Shown here: positions 12,501-20,590 of the stretch, piece by piece
Position numbering within the stretch: position 1 is the stretch's first letter
Layout of the letters: each line of letters starts with the position of its first letter
Program-made: the position numbers and the translations under genes
Notes under the pieces: model-generated
Told to the model about the DNA's origin: nothing
Databases searched by the model: none
What the model saw: only the letters and a program-made list of their open reading frames with translations
DNA from: Kiritimatiellia bacterium
GTDB lineage: Bacteria; Verrucomicrobiota; Kiritimatiellia; JAAZAB01
Length of the DNA: 64,000 nucleotides
Direction: 5' to 3'
NCBI GenBank assembly: GCA_040767085.1
Contig: JAXGPF010000003.1
Span: forward strand, 512,001 to 576,000

Positions 12501-13628
12501 TTCATTGAGACCATCATTCCGCTGGTCGGCGAGGCGTTGCACCGGTTCGACATGGAGGCGAAGTTGCGGAAGAGTGAAGAGCGCTACCGTTCGCTGGTGA
12601 TCGCCACGGCGCAAATCGTCTGGACCACTAACGCGGCGGGCGAGGCGACGGACGACCTGCCGGGCTGGCGGAAATTCACCGGCCAGAGCCGGGAGGAAAT
12701 CCGCGGGCAAGGCTGGATCGGCGCCGTGCACCCGGACGACCGCCAGCGGACGGCCGCCGTGTGGGAGCAAGCGGTCGCCACACGAACCTTGTATAACACG
12801 GAATATCGCCTGCGGCGCTTCGACGGCTGCTACCGCGACTTCGCTGTCCGCGGCGTACCCGTGATCGCAACGGACGGATCCGTGCGGGAATGGGTGGGAA
12901 CTTGCACCGATATTTCCCAGCAGAAGGCCATGGAGTCGGAAACCGCCCGTTACCAGGAACGCCTGCGCGGCCTGGCGGAGCGGCTGGCGGCCAGCGAAGA
13001 GCAGGAGCGTTGGCAAATCTCCCGCTACGTCCACGACACCATCATTCAGAATCTTTCGCTGGCCAGCATCAAGATTGGCGCCGCACAGAAAATCCTGCCC
13101 GCGGCCAGGCGCAAAAAGGATGGCGCCGAACTGCAAACGACCCGGACGCTGGTGGATGATGCCATCGCCGAATGCCGCACGGTGATGTCCGACCTGACGC
13201 CTTCCCTGCTCTACGACCTCGGGCTGGTGCCCGCGTTGCGGGAACTGGCGGACAAGATTCAGCAACAGCATGGCGTCCAGGTATGCGTCGCTGAAGAAGG
13301 CGCAGCTATCGCCATGGCCATTCCGCTCCGCGGCCTGATCTTCCAGTCCGCGCGTGAACTCATCATGAATGCCTTGAAACACGCCGGGCCGCGGGTGGTG
13401 CGCGTGACTGTCGCCGGCCGCAAAGGCGAAATCCTGATTCGTGTTCAAGACGATGGCGCGGGATTTGACCCGGACAAACTGGAGCGGCGCGACCCGCGTC
13501 AGGGCGGATTCGGCCTGTTCGGCATCCGCCTGCGCATCGAGAGCCTGAAAGGCTGGCTGGCGATCGAATCGGCGCCGGGAAAAGGCACCACGGCGGTAAT
13601 TACGCTGCCGGTTGCGGATGCGGGATGA
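9543..13628 (+). CDS. Cytoplasmic multi-PAS/PAC + GAF sensor histidine kinase (HisKA_3/NarX-like)
   Basis: Several PAS/PAC repeats ending DIT; GAF; EEQERWQISRYVHD H-box; NALKHA, DDGAGF, GFGL and GKGT boxes; no TM segments; start could be 9510. Confidence 0.92.
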   Translation: MHPDKSGGIQQNTPRTPAASDQLRPAVAPDSAATENWLSAVLAALPVGVAITDDRGVRIRANAEFERIWKGLQPIVRDAAGPTVYQAWWADSGKPVQPDEWASAQAVNKGETVTGQVLEIQRPDGTRGYIVNSAAPFRDDAGRIAGSAVAIQDITELRQTQSEIAHLASFPMLNPQPVVEADMEGQVLFMNPSARQLFPDLKQLGPKHPWLAGWNRVAQACRQSGGVISGSREVTLGDSSYLQSICYTPHRNCVRIYGIDITARKRAQEALQQLNAELERRVARQTAEIREKSAYNRRLIETSPDPLVTIGPDGKITDVNTATEKVTGRSRTELIGTDFLDYFTEPERARAGYQQVFKEGRIGDYPLEIRHRDGHVTSVIYNASVYRDAQGKVAGVFAAARDITQRKRAEELVLAERQRLYDVLETLPVYVVLLAHDHRMPFANRFFRERFGVAGGKRCFEHLFNRTEACKDCESYKALETNAPHHWEWTGPDGRNYQIHDFPFTDSDGSPMIMEMGLDITDTRQAQAALQQVNETLEQRVADRTAQLAASEQRLRQAEEIAHLGSWELDIAGGRLAWSDEVFRIFGLAPQEFMPTYAAFLERVHPDDRAIVDEAYQSSVRENRDTYEVEHRIIRKDNGAVRTVHEKCEHFLDAGGRIIRSVGMVHDITERKWADEVLRRSHDELEQMVKERTAALADSERKYRELVENANSVIMRITPDHTITFFNEYAQRLFGYTPAELLGRNAVGTIIPSVDSAGLDLRAMIQAITADPDGYTINENENICKNGKRVWVHWSNRAVRDEKGRLVEILCVGTDVTARKHSEERAKVTGAMLALFARKTTRRDYLEAVTDLLQQVFGCRCIGIRIRNDDGEIPYEASKGFTPEFLASESRLHPDRHACVCPRIMKAHPLPCDRAALSPGGSFFCNDTAVFFNTMQKADRRLFRGVCAKYGFASLAVLPIRYQGRMLGAVHLADERPDRFPPEVVEFIETIIPLVGEALHRFDMEAKLRKSEERYRSLVIATAQIVWTTNAAGEATDDLPGWRKFTGQSREEIRGQGWIGAVHPDDRQRTAAVWEQAVATRTLYNTEYRLRRFDGCYRDFAVRGVPVIATDGSVREWVGTCTDISQQKAMESETARYQERLRGLAERLAASEEQERWQISRYVHDTIIQNLSLASIKIGAAQKILPAARRKKDGAELQTTRTLVDDAIAECRTVMSDLTPSLLYDLGLVPALRELADKIQQQHGVQVCVAEEGAAIAMAIPLRGLIFQSARELIMNALKHAGPRVVRVTVAGRKGEILIRVQDDGAGFDPDKLERRDPRQGGFGLFGIRLRIESLKGWLAIESAPGKGTTAVITLPVADAG

Positions 13629-13663
13629 ACCATGCAGCCTGGCGCATCCTGCCCGCACCGGCA

Positions 13664-14122
13664 TCAGCCGAAAAGAAACTCCGCCGCGGCTTCCGGCTCG
13701 ATCCGGAAGGCCGAGCCCCGGCCCTCGAAAAACCCGTGCGCCTCGATCAGATGGACATTCAAATCCGTCCAAGCTAGTGTCGCGCCCGTCTTCGGCCGCT
13801 CGGCAGTCGTCACCCGCTTGGCATAACGCCCCGGATGCCCCCAGGGACAGACCAGCCAGCCCTTGCATTCCTCGCAACTCACCAGCAAATCCCCGCCGCC
13901 GGCGTCCACCTGCGTCCCCAATCCCGTCTGGGCCAGCGCCGTCAACTCGCGCATCCGCCGCGCCAGCAGCGCGGCGGTCACGCCGCATTTTGCCAGCGCG
14001 GCGGCATCGGCTTGAATGATCTCCGCGGCACTGCGCCGGTCATGCCCCATAAAGCCGTCCGCCACCAGCGCCGACGACCGCAGCAATTCATCCAACTTCC
14101 GGTCCCGGGGCGATGTCTTCAT
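13664..14122 (-). CDS. Hypothetical Cys/His-rich protein, last gene of the Rnf/Nqr-like operon
   Basis: GAGGAG RBS overlapping the upstream stop; 152 aa with CPWGH and HLIEAHGFFEGxGSxFR motifs. Confidence 0.8.
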   Translation of the reverse strand: MKTSPRDRKLDELLRSSALVADGFMGHDRRSAAEIIQADAAALAKCGVTAALLARRMRELTALAQTGLGTQVDAGGGDLLVSCEECKGWLVCPWGHPGRYAKRVTTAERPKTGATLAWTDLNVHLIEAHGFFEGRGSAFRIEPEAAAEFLFG

Positions 14123-14133
14123 AACCGCGCTCC

Positions 14134-15234
14134 TCATGCAAATTTATCATAGAAAATCCGGCCGGGCGGCATCCCCAGCGAAGTCAGCACTTGCTGCGCC
14201 GCATCTATCAGCCCCGGGCTGCCGCAGAGATATCCCTCGTGCCCGCTGAGATCGGCATGCCGCCGGCGGACCGCCTCCGTCACCAATCCCGTCTCACCCT
14301 GCCAGCCGCTGGAGGCTTCCGGCCGCGAAACCACGGGCACGAAGGTAAAATCCGGCAAAGCCCGGGAGAATTCCGCCATCTGATCCAGCAGGCACAAGTC
14401 GCGCGTCGAGTTGCCGCCGAAAAAATAGATCGTCTTGCGCCGGTCATGCGCCTGGCGCATGGCGTGCAGGATCGCGACAAACGGCGCCATGCCGCTGCCG
14501 CCCGCCAGAAACACCATCGGCGCGGCGGCGGCGCTGAGGCGGAAATCGCCGTAGGGGCCGTTAAACTTCACCGCATCGCCGGTTTTCAAGACATCAAAGC
14601 ACCAGGTCGTGCAAATCCCCCCCGGCACGCGCCGGATGATCAATTCCACGGCGCCGGCGTCGCCCGGATCGGACGCTATCGAATAAGCCCGATAAACCTC
14701 CTCCCGGTTGCCCCGATACCGCGGGCACAAAAGCTGCACATACTGCCCGGCCACAAACTCCAGCGCCGGCGGGTCAACCAACTCGAACCGGAAGCGCTTC
14801 ATGTCATACGTCAAATCCTCGATTTTCGTACAGCGCGCCGCGTATTCGCGGATGTTGAACAACTCCTCCGGAATTTCGATCGCCAGGTCATTCCGCACCT
14901 TCACCTGGCAGGACAGCCGCAGATTGTCCGCGATTTCGCCGGGCGTCAAAAAAGGCTGCTCGGTCGGCAAAAGCGCGCCGCCCCCGGCCAGCACCCGCAC
15001 CTTGCAGGCGCCGCAGGTGCCCCGGCCGCCGCAGGCGCTGGGGATGAAGATCCGGGAATCCGTCAGGGCCGACAGCAGCGGCTTGCCGCCCTGGACGGTG
15101 AGTTCCCGCTTGCCGTTGAGCGTGATCTTGCACTCGCCGTAATTGGCGATCAGGCGCTCGGCCACAACCACCATCAGCGCCAGCCCGGCGGCCAGGCCGC
15201 TGACGATCAATACCGCGGTGAAAATTCCTGTCAA
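14134..15234 (-). CDS. NqrF-like membrane-anchored [2Fe-2S]/FAD/NAD(P)H oxidoreductase
   Basis: N-terminal TM helix; SACGGRGTCGAC...RLSCQ 2Fe-2S motif; RAYSIAS, GGSGMAPF, YLCGSP and FYDKF FNR-family motifs; TTG start with GAGGA RBS. Confidence 0.9.
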   Translation of the reverse strand: MTGIFTAVLIVSGLAAGLALMVVVAERLIANYGECKITLNGKRELTVQGGKPLLSALTDSRIFIPSACGGRGTCGACKVRVLAGGGALLPTEQPFLTPGEIADNLRLSCQVKVRNDLAIEIPEELFNIREYAARCTKIEDLTYDMKRFRFELVDPPALEFVAGQYVQLLCPRYRGNREEVYRAYSIASDPGDAGAVELIIRRVPGGICTTWCFDVLKTGDAVKFNGPYGDFRLSAAAAPMVFLAGGSGMAPFVAILHAMRQAHDRRKTIYFFGGNSTRDLCLLDQMAEFSRALPDFTFVPVVSRPEASSGWQGETGLVTEAVRRRHADLSGHEGYLCGSPGLIDAAQQVLTSLGMPPGRIFYDKFA

Positions 15235-15244
15235 TGCAAGATCC

Positions 15245-15844
15245 TCAGTTCAGCACGCCCGTAAACCCGACAAATGCCAGGGCCATCAACCCGGCGATGA
15301 TCAGCGTGATCCCCGGCCCCTGCAAACCCCGGGGCACGCGGGCTTCGTTCAGGCGCTGCCGGATGCCCGCCATCGCCAGGATCGCCATCAGCCACCCGAC
15401 CCCGCTGCCGAAGCCGTAGCCGATGGTCACGATGAACGAGTAGCCGCGGATCACCATGAACAGCGATGCGCCCAGGATAGCGCAATTAACGGTAATCAGC
15501 GGCAGGAATATTCCCAGCGCCTGGTACAGCCGGGGCGAATACCGGTCAATCGCCATCTCCACCAACTGCACAAACGCGGCAATGATGATGATAAACAGGA
15601 TGAACCGGAAAAACTCCAGTTGCAGCGGCACTAAAACGTAATAATAGGCCAGCCAGTTCAGCGCCGCGGTCGCCGTCATCACAAACACCACCGCGCCGCC
15701 CAAGCCGGCCGCGGTTTTGACCTCGCGCGACACGCTGGTGAACGGGCACATCCCCAGGAAAGTCGTCAGGAGGATGTTTTGCGTAAAAATCGCGGCAAAA
15801 GCCGTGACCATCGCCAGCCAGATTTCCTGTCCCGCGCCGTTCAT
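15245..15844 (-). CDS. RnfA/NqrE-family membrane subunit
   Basis: FLGMCPF and FLPLITVNCAILG motifs, about 6 TM helices, ATGA overlap with upstream gene. Confidence 0.92.
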   Translation of the reverse strand: MNGAGQEIWLAMVTAFAAIFTQNILLTTFLGMCPFTSVSREVKTAAGLGGAVVFVMTATAALNWLAYYYVLVPLQLEFFRFILFIIIIAAFVQLVEMAIDRYSPRLYQALGIFLPLITVNCAILGASLFMVIRGYSFIVTIGYGFGSGVGWLMAILAMAGIRQRLNEARVPRGLQGPGITLIIAGLMALAFVGFTGVLN

Positions 15845-16464
15845 TTCTTGGCCCTCCCGGTTTCGATTGAGCGGCAGACCCACAGGACCGTGGCCAGCAT
15901 AAAAAACGCCCCCGGCGGCATCACCATGATGATCCACTTGTCCCAGTGCATGGTTGAAAAATACGGCATCGGCACGCCCAGAATCGTGCCCATGCCGAAC
16001 AATTCCCGCGGCACGGCAATCGCCAGCAGCACCCACGAATACCCCAGTCCGTTGAAGAGCCCGTCAAGCAGGGCCGGGCGCGGCGGATTCGACCCGGCAA
16101 ACGCTTCGCACCGGCCCATCAGGATGCAATTGGTGATGATCAGCCCCACAAACGGCCCGAGGTTGCGGCTCATCTCCGGCCAGTAAGCCTTCAGCGCCAG
16201 GTCAACAATGATCACGTAAAACGCCATGATCAGGGTCTGGACCATCATGCGGATATTCCGCGGCGTCCAATCCCGCAGGAGCGACACCGTCAGGCAACTC
16301 ATCATGGTCACCAGCGTCAGCGATATGCACATCACCGCCGTATTCAGCACCGCGTTGGTCACGGCCAGCGTGCTGCAAATCCCCAGAATCTGGCGGAAGA
16401 CCGGGTTGTCGCGCCACAGCCCGTCCAGCATGATCGCGCGCGGTTTCTTGGAAGCTCCGTTCAT
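15841..16464 (-). CDS. RnfE/NqrD-family membrane subunit
   Basis: NPVFRQILGICSTLAVT, GLIITNCILMGRCE and PPGAF motifs; ATGA overlap. Confidence 0.92.
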   Translation of the reverse strand: MNGASKKPRAIMLDGLWRDNPVFRQILGICSTLAVTNAVLNTAVMCISLTLVTMMSCLTVSLLRDWTPRNIRMMVQTLIMAFYVIIVDLALKAYWPEMSRNLGPFVGLIITNCILMGRCEAFAGSNPPRPALLDGLFNGLGYSWVLLAIAVPRELFGMGTILGVPMPYFSTMHWDKWIIMVMPPGAFFMLATVLWVCRSIETGRAKK

Positions 16465-17075
16465 GGCCCGCCTCCCCCGGCCCGCATCGCCTGCAGCCAC
16501 ACCGCGAGCCGCTCATTGATCAACTGCTCCAGCCGGCGGCAGGTCTGCGTTGCGCCGGTAATGCCATGCACCTCGTGCTCGCCCGGCGTTACCGCCGCCG
16601 GCCGGATGCCGATGGGGCGGTCTGGCGGCCCGAGCGTCAAGCCCGCAAACTGCCCGCGAAAATCCTTTTCCGTAATGCGGGCGCCCAGCCCCGGGGTCTC
16701 GCTCTGGTCATAAAATGCCAGGCCGGTAATCGCCGCGAGGTCGTGGGACACCCCCACCACCCCGCGGATCGGCGCCCAAAATCCCTGGCCGGCCACCGGC
16801 ACCGCGTAACCGGCGGTCCGGCCGTCCTTGCGGTAGACATACGCCCCGGCCGCGTCCGCGGATTTTTCGAAAAGCCGGTTGAACAACGCATGCACCCGCG
16901 GCGACGGCGGCACGGCAATCTCGGGGAACGCCTCCAGCACGGCGCGCTCGAACATCAACTGCTCGTTCGCCCTCACGCGCACCTGGGTCAGCCGCGAGAA
17001 TCCGATCAGCACCGCGCTCACGCAGGCGGTGGCCAGAAACATATACGCCACCGGAAACCAGGACCGGTTTTTCAT
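16461..17075 (-). CDS. RnfG/NqrC-family FMN-binding subunit
   Basis: N-terminal TM; GFW, ETPGLGA and flavinylation motif ITGATQT; ATGA overlap. Confidence 0.9.
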   Translation of the reverse strand: MKNRSWFPVAYMFLATACVSAVLIGFSRLTQVRVRANEQLMFERAVLEAFPEIAVPPSPRVHALFNRLFEKSADAAGAYVYRKDGRTAGYAVPVAGQGFWAPIRGVVGVSHDLAAITGLAFYDQSETPGLGARITEKDFRGQFAGLTLGPPDRPIGIRPAAVTPGEHEVHGITGATQTCRRLEQLINERLAVWLQAMRAGGGGP

Positions 17076-18172
17076 GGCCGCGCCTCCCCCCCATTCCGGG
17101 GCTGAACCGGCCGGCGGCCTTGCCAGGACTGCGCGCCGTAATCGATGATCGGCGCGAACATGTTGCCCAGTAAAATGGCGAACATCAGGCCGCCGTTGAA
17201 AATCGAGAAATTACGGATCACCAGGGTGGCCACGGCGATCAGGATGCCGTAATAGAGGCGTCCCAGCTCCGTCCGGGGCGAGCTGACCGGATCGGTTGCC
17301 ATAAAGAACGCTCCCAGCAGAAATCCCCCGCCGAACACCGCCGGCCAGGCCCCCGGCACGGGCTTGACGCCCAGCCAGAAGAGGCCCTGGTTCAACGCCG
17401 CATAGGTTAGAATCACCGCCAGGATCGTCGTGCGGCTGGCGGTTTTCGTCCAGAACAGATAAACGCCGCCAAGTAAAATCAGCAGCGCGCTGGTCGCCCC
17501 CATCGTGCCGCTGATGTTGCCGAAAAGCTGCGCCTTCAGCAGCGCGCCGGGGCGGACGGCCACCTGCTCGCGGTCGCCGACCGCCGGCGGTATCGCGGCG
17601 GCCGCCCCCACCGCCGATGACAGCGCCAGTTGCCCCGATTTTAAATAGGCCATCGGCGTCGCGCTGGTCGTCGCATCGGCGCCGTCCGCCCGCACCGCGG
17701 TGGTCCAGCGATCCAGGGCGCCGGGCGGCCCGGCGGCCGCCGGAGCCCACACCCCGGTCATGGCCACCGGAAAACAAATATAGACAAAGCACCGTCCGGC
17801 GACCGCCGGATTGAAGATGTTGCGCCCGAATCCGCCGAAAACCTCCTTGGAGAAAATCACCGCGAACCCCATGCCCACTGCCAGCACATGCCAGCCCACC
17901 CCCGGCGGCATGATCAGGCCAAACAGCGCCGCCGTCACAAACACCGCCTCGCTGACCGGCTCGCCGCGCAGCCGGCAAAACAACCACTCCAGCAAAAAGC
18001 CCCACGCGCAGCAAAACGCGATCATCGCCAGCGAGCGCCAGCCGAAATAATACACGCTGCCGGCCATACAGGGGATCAAGGCCAGCAGCACCCGGCGCAT
18101 CGCCGGCTGCCGGCGCAACCAGCCCGCCCGCGCAGGATTCCTGATGATCTGCCAAAGCATACCGGGCTTCAT
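17072..18172 (-). CDS. RnfD/NqrB-family membrane subunit
   Basis: KEVFGGFGRNIFNPA, DATTSATP flavinylation site, FMATDPVSSP; start set at 18172 because the upstream in-frame extension is MITE sequence. Confidence 0.92.
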   Translation of the reverse strand: MKPGMLWQIIRNPARAGWLRRQPAMRRVLLALIPCMAGSVYYFGWRSLAMIAFCCAWGFLLEWLFCRLRGEPVSEAVFVTAALFGLIMPPGVGWHVLAVGMGFAVIFSKEVFGGFGRNIFNPAVAGRCFVYICFPVAMTGVWAPAAAGPPGALDRWTTAVRADGADATTSATPMAYLKSGQLALSSAVGAAAAIPPAVGDREQVAVRPGALLKAQLFGNISGTMGATSALLILLGGVYLFWTKTASRTTILAVILTYAALNQGLFWLGVKPVPGAWPAVFGGGFLLGAFFMATDPVSSPRTELGRLYYGILIAVATLVIRNFSIFNGGLMFAILLGNMFAPIIDYGAQSWQGRRPVQPRNGGEARP

Positions 18173-18176
18173 GTTA

Positions 18177-18340
18177 TTAATATTCTCATAATAGACTGGA
18201 CGATTATTGATGGATTGGTAGGGCGGGCAGTCCCTTGCCCGCCTTGGCGCCCAAGGCGCGGGCCGCGCTGGCGGCACTGGGGCGCCCTACCGATGCAAGA
18301 TTGCGCTCAATTAATGTCTATATTATTTTGAGAACCTTAA
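18177..18340. mobile_element. MITE-like element carrying an inverted GTAG-REP pair, copy 1
   Basis: Near-exact reverse complement of 31187-31349 (1-bp indel); TTAA at both ends; internal GGTAGGGCG...CGCCCTACC. Confidence 0.8.
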
Positions 18341-18359
18341 TATGTGCAACTTTCGTCTG

Positions 18360-18410
18360 CTGTAGCCGCGCCCGGCGGCCGCGGACCGCGGTCACCGCCC
18401 GCGGCTACAG
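18360..18410. repeat. GTAG-type REP doublet
   Basis: CTGTAGCCGCG...CGCGGCTACAG inverted arms; right half recurs at 45373-45397. Confidence 0.7.
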
Positions 18411-18512
18411 TTGTGCGGGCATAATCCCGCATTCGGATTGGCGTTCCGGGACCATCAATATAACCGGTTCAATTTAATTGTCCAGCATATGCTGCCGGCC
18501 GCCGCAAAAATA

Positions 18513-19349
18513 TTATCCGTATTTTTTGTCCGCCGACGGCATAACCTGCCGGCCGCCGCATTGAATCGCGGCGCGGTATTGCCGGGGCGACAGGCCGATT
18601 TGCTTTTTAAAAAGCTTGGTGAATTGCGCGGGGTCGGCATAACCGGCGCGGTCGGCGGCCTCTTTTACCGGCAAAACTTCCTCCTCCAGCCATGCGGCGG
18701 CTTGCAGCATCCGGCAGTGCAGCAGGTAATCGTAAAAACTCCGGCCGCAATGCCGGCGGAACAGGCGCCGGAAATGACCGACACAGACATGCATTTCCAG
18801 CGCCAGCGCCGGGGCCTGGTATGCGGCGAAGGGCGCCAGCCGCATGCGTTCAGTCCAGGCCCGGATTTTTTGCTCATAAACATCCACGGCTCCGGCTGGC
18901 GAAGCCAAGGCCGCCATTTGCAGAAGACGCTCCAACAGGATCACGCTTTCCGCCGCCATGCCCGGCCCTCGCTCTTTGAGTATGGCCAGCAACCGTGAAA
19001 ATATTTCGCGTACGGCCCCGGGCTGCGCGGCAAACACGAACCCATCCCCTGACAACCCGGTAAAACCGTCCTGAACCAGCCGCCGGGCGCGCGGTCCTCG
19101 AAGGATGAGGTAATAATGATCCCAGCCAGCCGCGTCCGCCGGCCCATACTCATAAATTTTACCAGGCATATGCCAGAAGAGCGCCGGCCGCTCCAGGATG
19201 TGGCGCAGGCCGCCATCCACGCGCCAATACATCCGGCCGGCATGCATGTATTCCACGGTATAAAAATCGGGGAACGCGCTTTTTACATGCACCCGGCACC
19301 CGGGTATATGCCGGCCCATGATCACCTTCAAATCGTCAAAATAAGCCAT
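18513..19349 (-). CDS. AraC-family transcriptional regulator
   Basis: N-terminal cupin-like domain; C-terminal HFRRLFRR...AGYADPAQFTKLFKKQIGLSPRQYR. Confidence 0.92.
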   Translation of the reverse strand: MAYFDDLKVIMGRHIPGCRVHVKSAFPDFYTVEYMHAGRMYWRVDGGLRHILERPALFWHMPGKIYEYGPADAAGWDHYYLILRGPRARRLVQDGFTGLSGDGFVFAAQPGAVREIFSRLLAILKERGPGMAAESVILLERLLQMAALASPAGAVDVYEQKIRAWTERMRLAPFAAYQAPALALEMHVCVGHFRRLFRRHCGRSFYDYLLHCRMLQAAAWLEEEVLPVKEAADRAGYADPAQFTKLFKKQIGLSPRQYRAAIQCGGRQVMPSADKKYG

Positions 19350-19471
19350 ATCCGTATATTCATATATGACAACTACTGGCGCATATTTGCCATTTACTTT
19401 TAGATATTCAATAGAATACGATAATTCCAGCTTGGAAATCAATGTTTGTTTGCGACAAACACAGGAGTAAC

Positions 19472-20530
19472 ATGCAAGGCAAAATCAAACGCAACCAGGA
19501 TTTCATGCGCCGGCTGTTTACCGGCCGGCCGGAGCGGCACGGGCTGGCGGTTTCCGTGACCCGGCCGCCCATTCCGGAGGAATTGGGCGATTATGCCATA
19601 TCCAGCCGGCCGGTGCGCGACTGGATTCCATGGTTCCGCGAGCATTATGCCGCGCAATGCGCATGGTTAAAGGCGTTTGACGACGATTCCGTCCCGTTCA
19701 TCAACCTTTTCACCAATACCGGCGTCTTTGCGGCGGCCTTCGGCTGCCCGCTGGAGAAAGTTCCCGGCAGCAGCGCCTGCGCCCGCCCGATCGTGCATTC
19801 CGCCGCCGAGGCCGCGCGCTTGCCGGAACCGGACTACCGCTCCGCCCCCATCCTGGCGCGGCTTTTTGAAATGGCGGATGCCTTGCGCGCGGAATTCGGG
19901 CCGGACGTGCCGTTGAGTCCGCCGGATATCCAGAGCCCGCTGGACATTGCCGCACTGATCTGGGACAAGTCGGAGTTTTTTGTCGCCATGCACGAGGAGC
20001 CGGCAGCGGTAGCGGAACTGGTGGACAAATGCACGCGCCTGCTTTGCGCATTCATTCCCGCCTACATCCGCCATGTCGGGGCAATCAATACCTTGTGTTA
20101 TGCCCGCTGGTATGCCCCGGGCGACCTGGGTTGTTACGTGGCGGAGGACGAATGCGGAAGCATCAACCCGGAGATGTTCGAACGGTTCGGCATGCCGGGC
20201 TTAAGGGCGTTAAGCCAGGCGGCCAACGGGCTGTTCATGCATTCCTGCGCCAACGCCGACCATCAATATCCCCTCTTGCGCACGCTCCCGAATTTGCGCG
20301 GATTCAACCGCGTTTTTACCAAAGCCCAGAACTTTTCCATGCCGCAGCGCATGTTGGATTCCTTTGCCGACCGCTCCGTGCTGATGCTCGGCGGCCCGGT
20401 GCAGAAAGGGCTGGACATGCTGGCCGCGGCGCCGGCCGGGACGCGGTTCCTGTTTGCCATGGGATTCAAGGAAATCAACGACGACGCCCGGCGGGCTTAC
20501 GATGAAATGCGCCGGCGCTGCGAAAGATAA
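19472..20530 (+). CDS. Uroporphyrinogen decarboxylase / MtaA-CmuA fold protein
   Basis: AGGAG RBS; DIQSPLDIAALIW, EDE...INPEMFERF and HSC motifs. Confidence 0.75.
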   Translation: MQGKIKRNQDFMRRLFTGRPERHGLAVSVTRPPIPEELGDYAISSRPVRDWIPWFREHYAAQCAWLKAFDDDSVPFINLFTNTGVFAAAFGCPLEKVPGSSACARPIVHSAAEAARLPEPDYRSAPILARLFEMADALRAEFGPDVPLSPPDIQSPLDIAALIWDKSEFFVAMHEEPAAVAELVDKCTRLLCAFIPAYIRHVGAINTLCYARWYAPGDLGCYVAEDECGSINPEMFERFGMPGLRALSQAANGLFMHSCANADHQYPLLRTLPNLRGFNRVFTKAQNFSMPQRMLDSFADRSVLMLGGPVQKGLDMLAAAPAGTRFLFAMGFKEINDDARRAYDEMRRRCER

Positions 20531-20556
20531 TCCAGCGTGGTCTTTACATACGGAGC

Positions 20557-20585
20557 AAAGCGGCGTCAAGCCGCCGCACTCCATA
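20557..20585 (-). repeat. REP-like palindrome between convergent genes
   Basis: Minus strand TATGGAGTGCGGCGGCTTGACGCCGCTTT: GGAG head plus GCGGCG/CGCCGC stem; may also act as a terminator. Confidence 0.55.
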
Positions 20586-20590
20586 TAAAA

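Noticed and set aside
18173-18277. N-terminal extension of the RnfD/NqrB-like protein in the ORF track
   Set aside because: The extension is translated MITE sequence; the same DNA occurs at 31187-31349.
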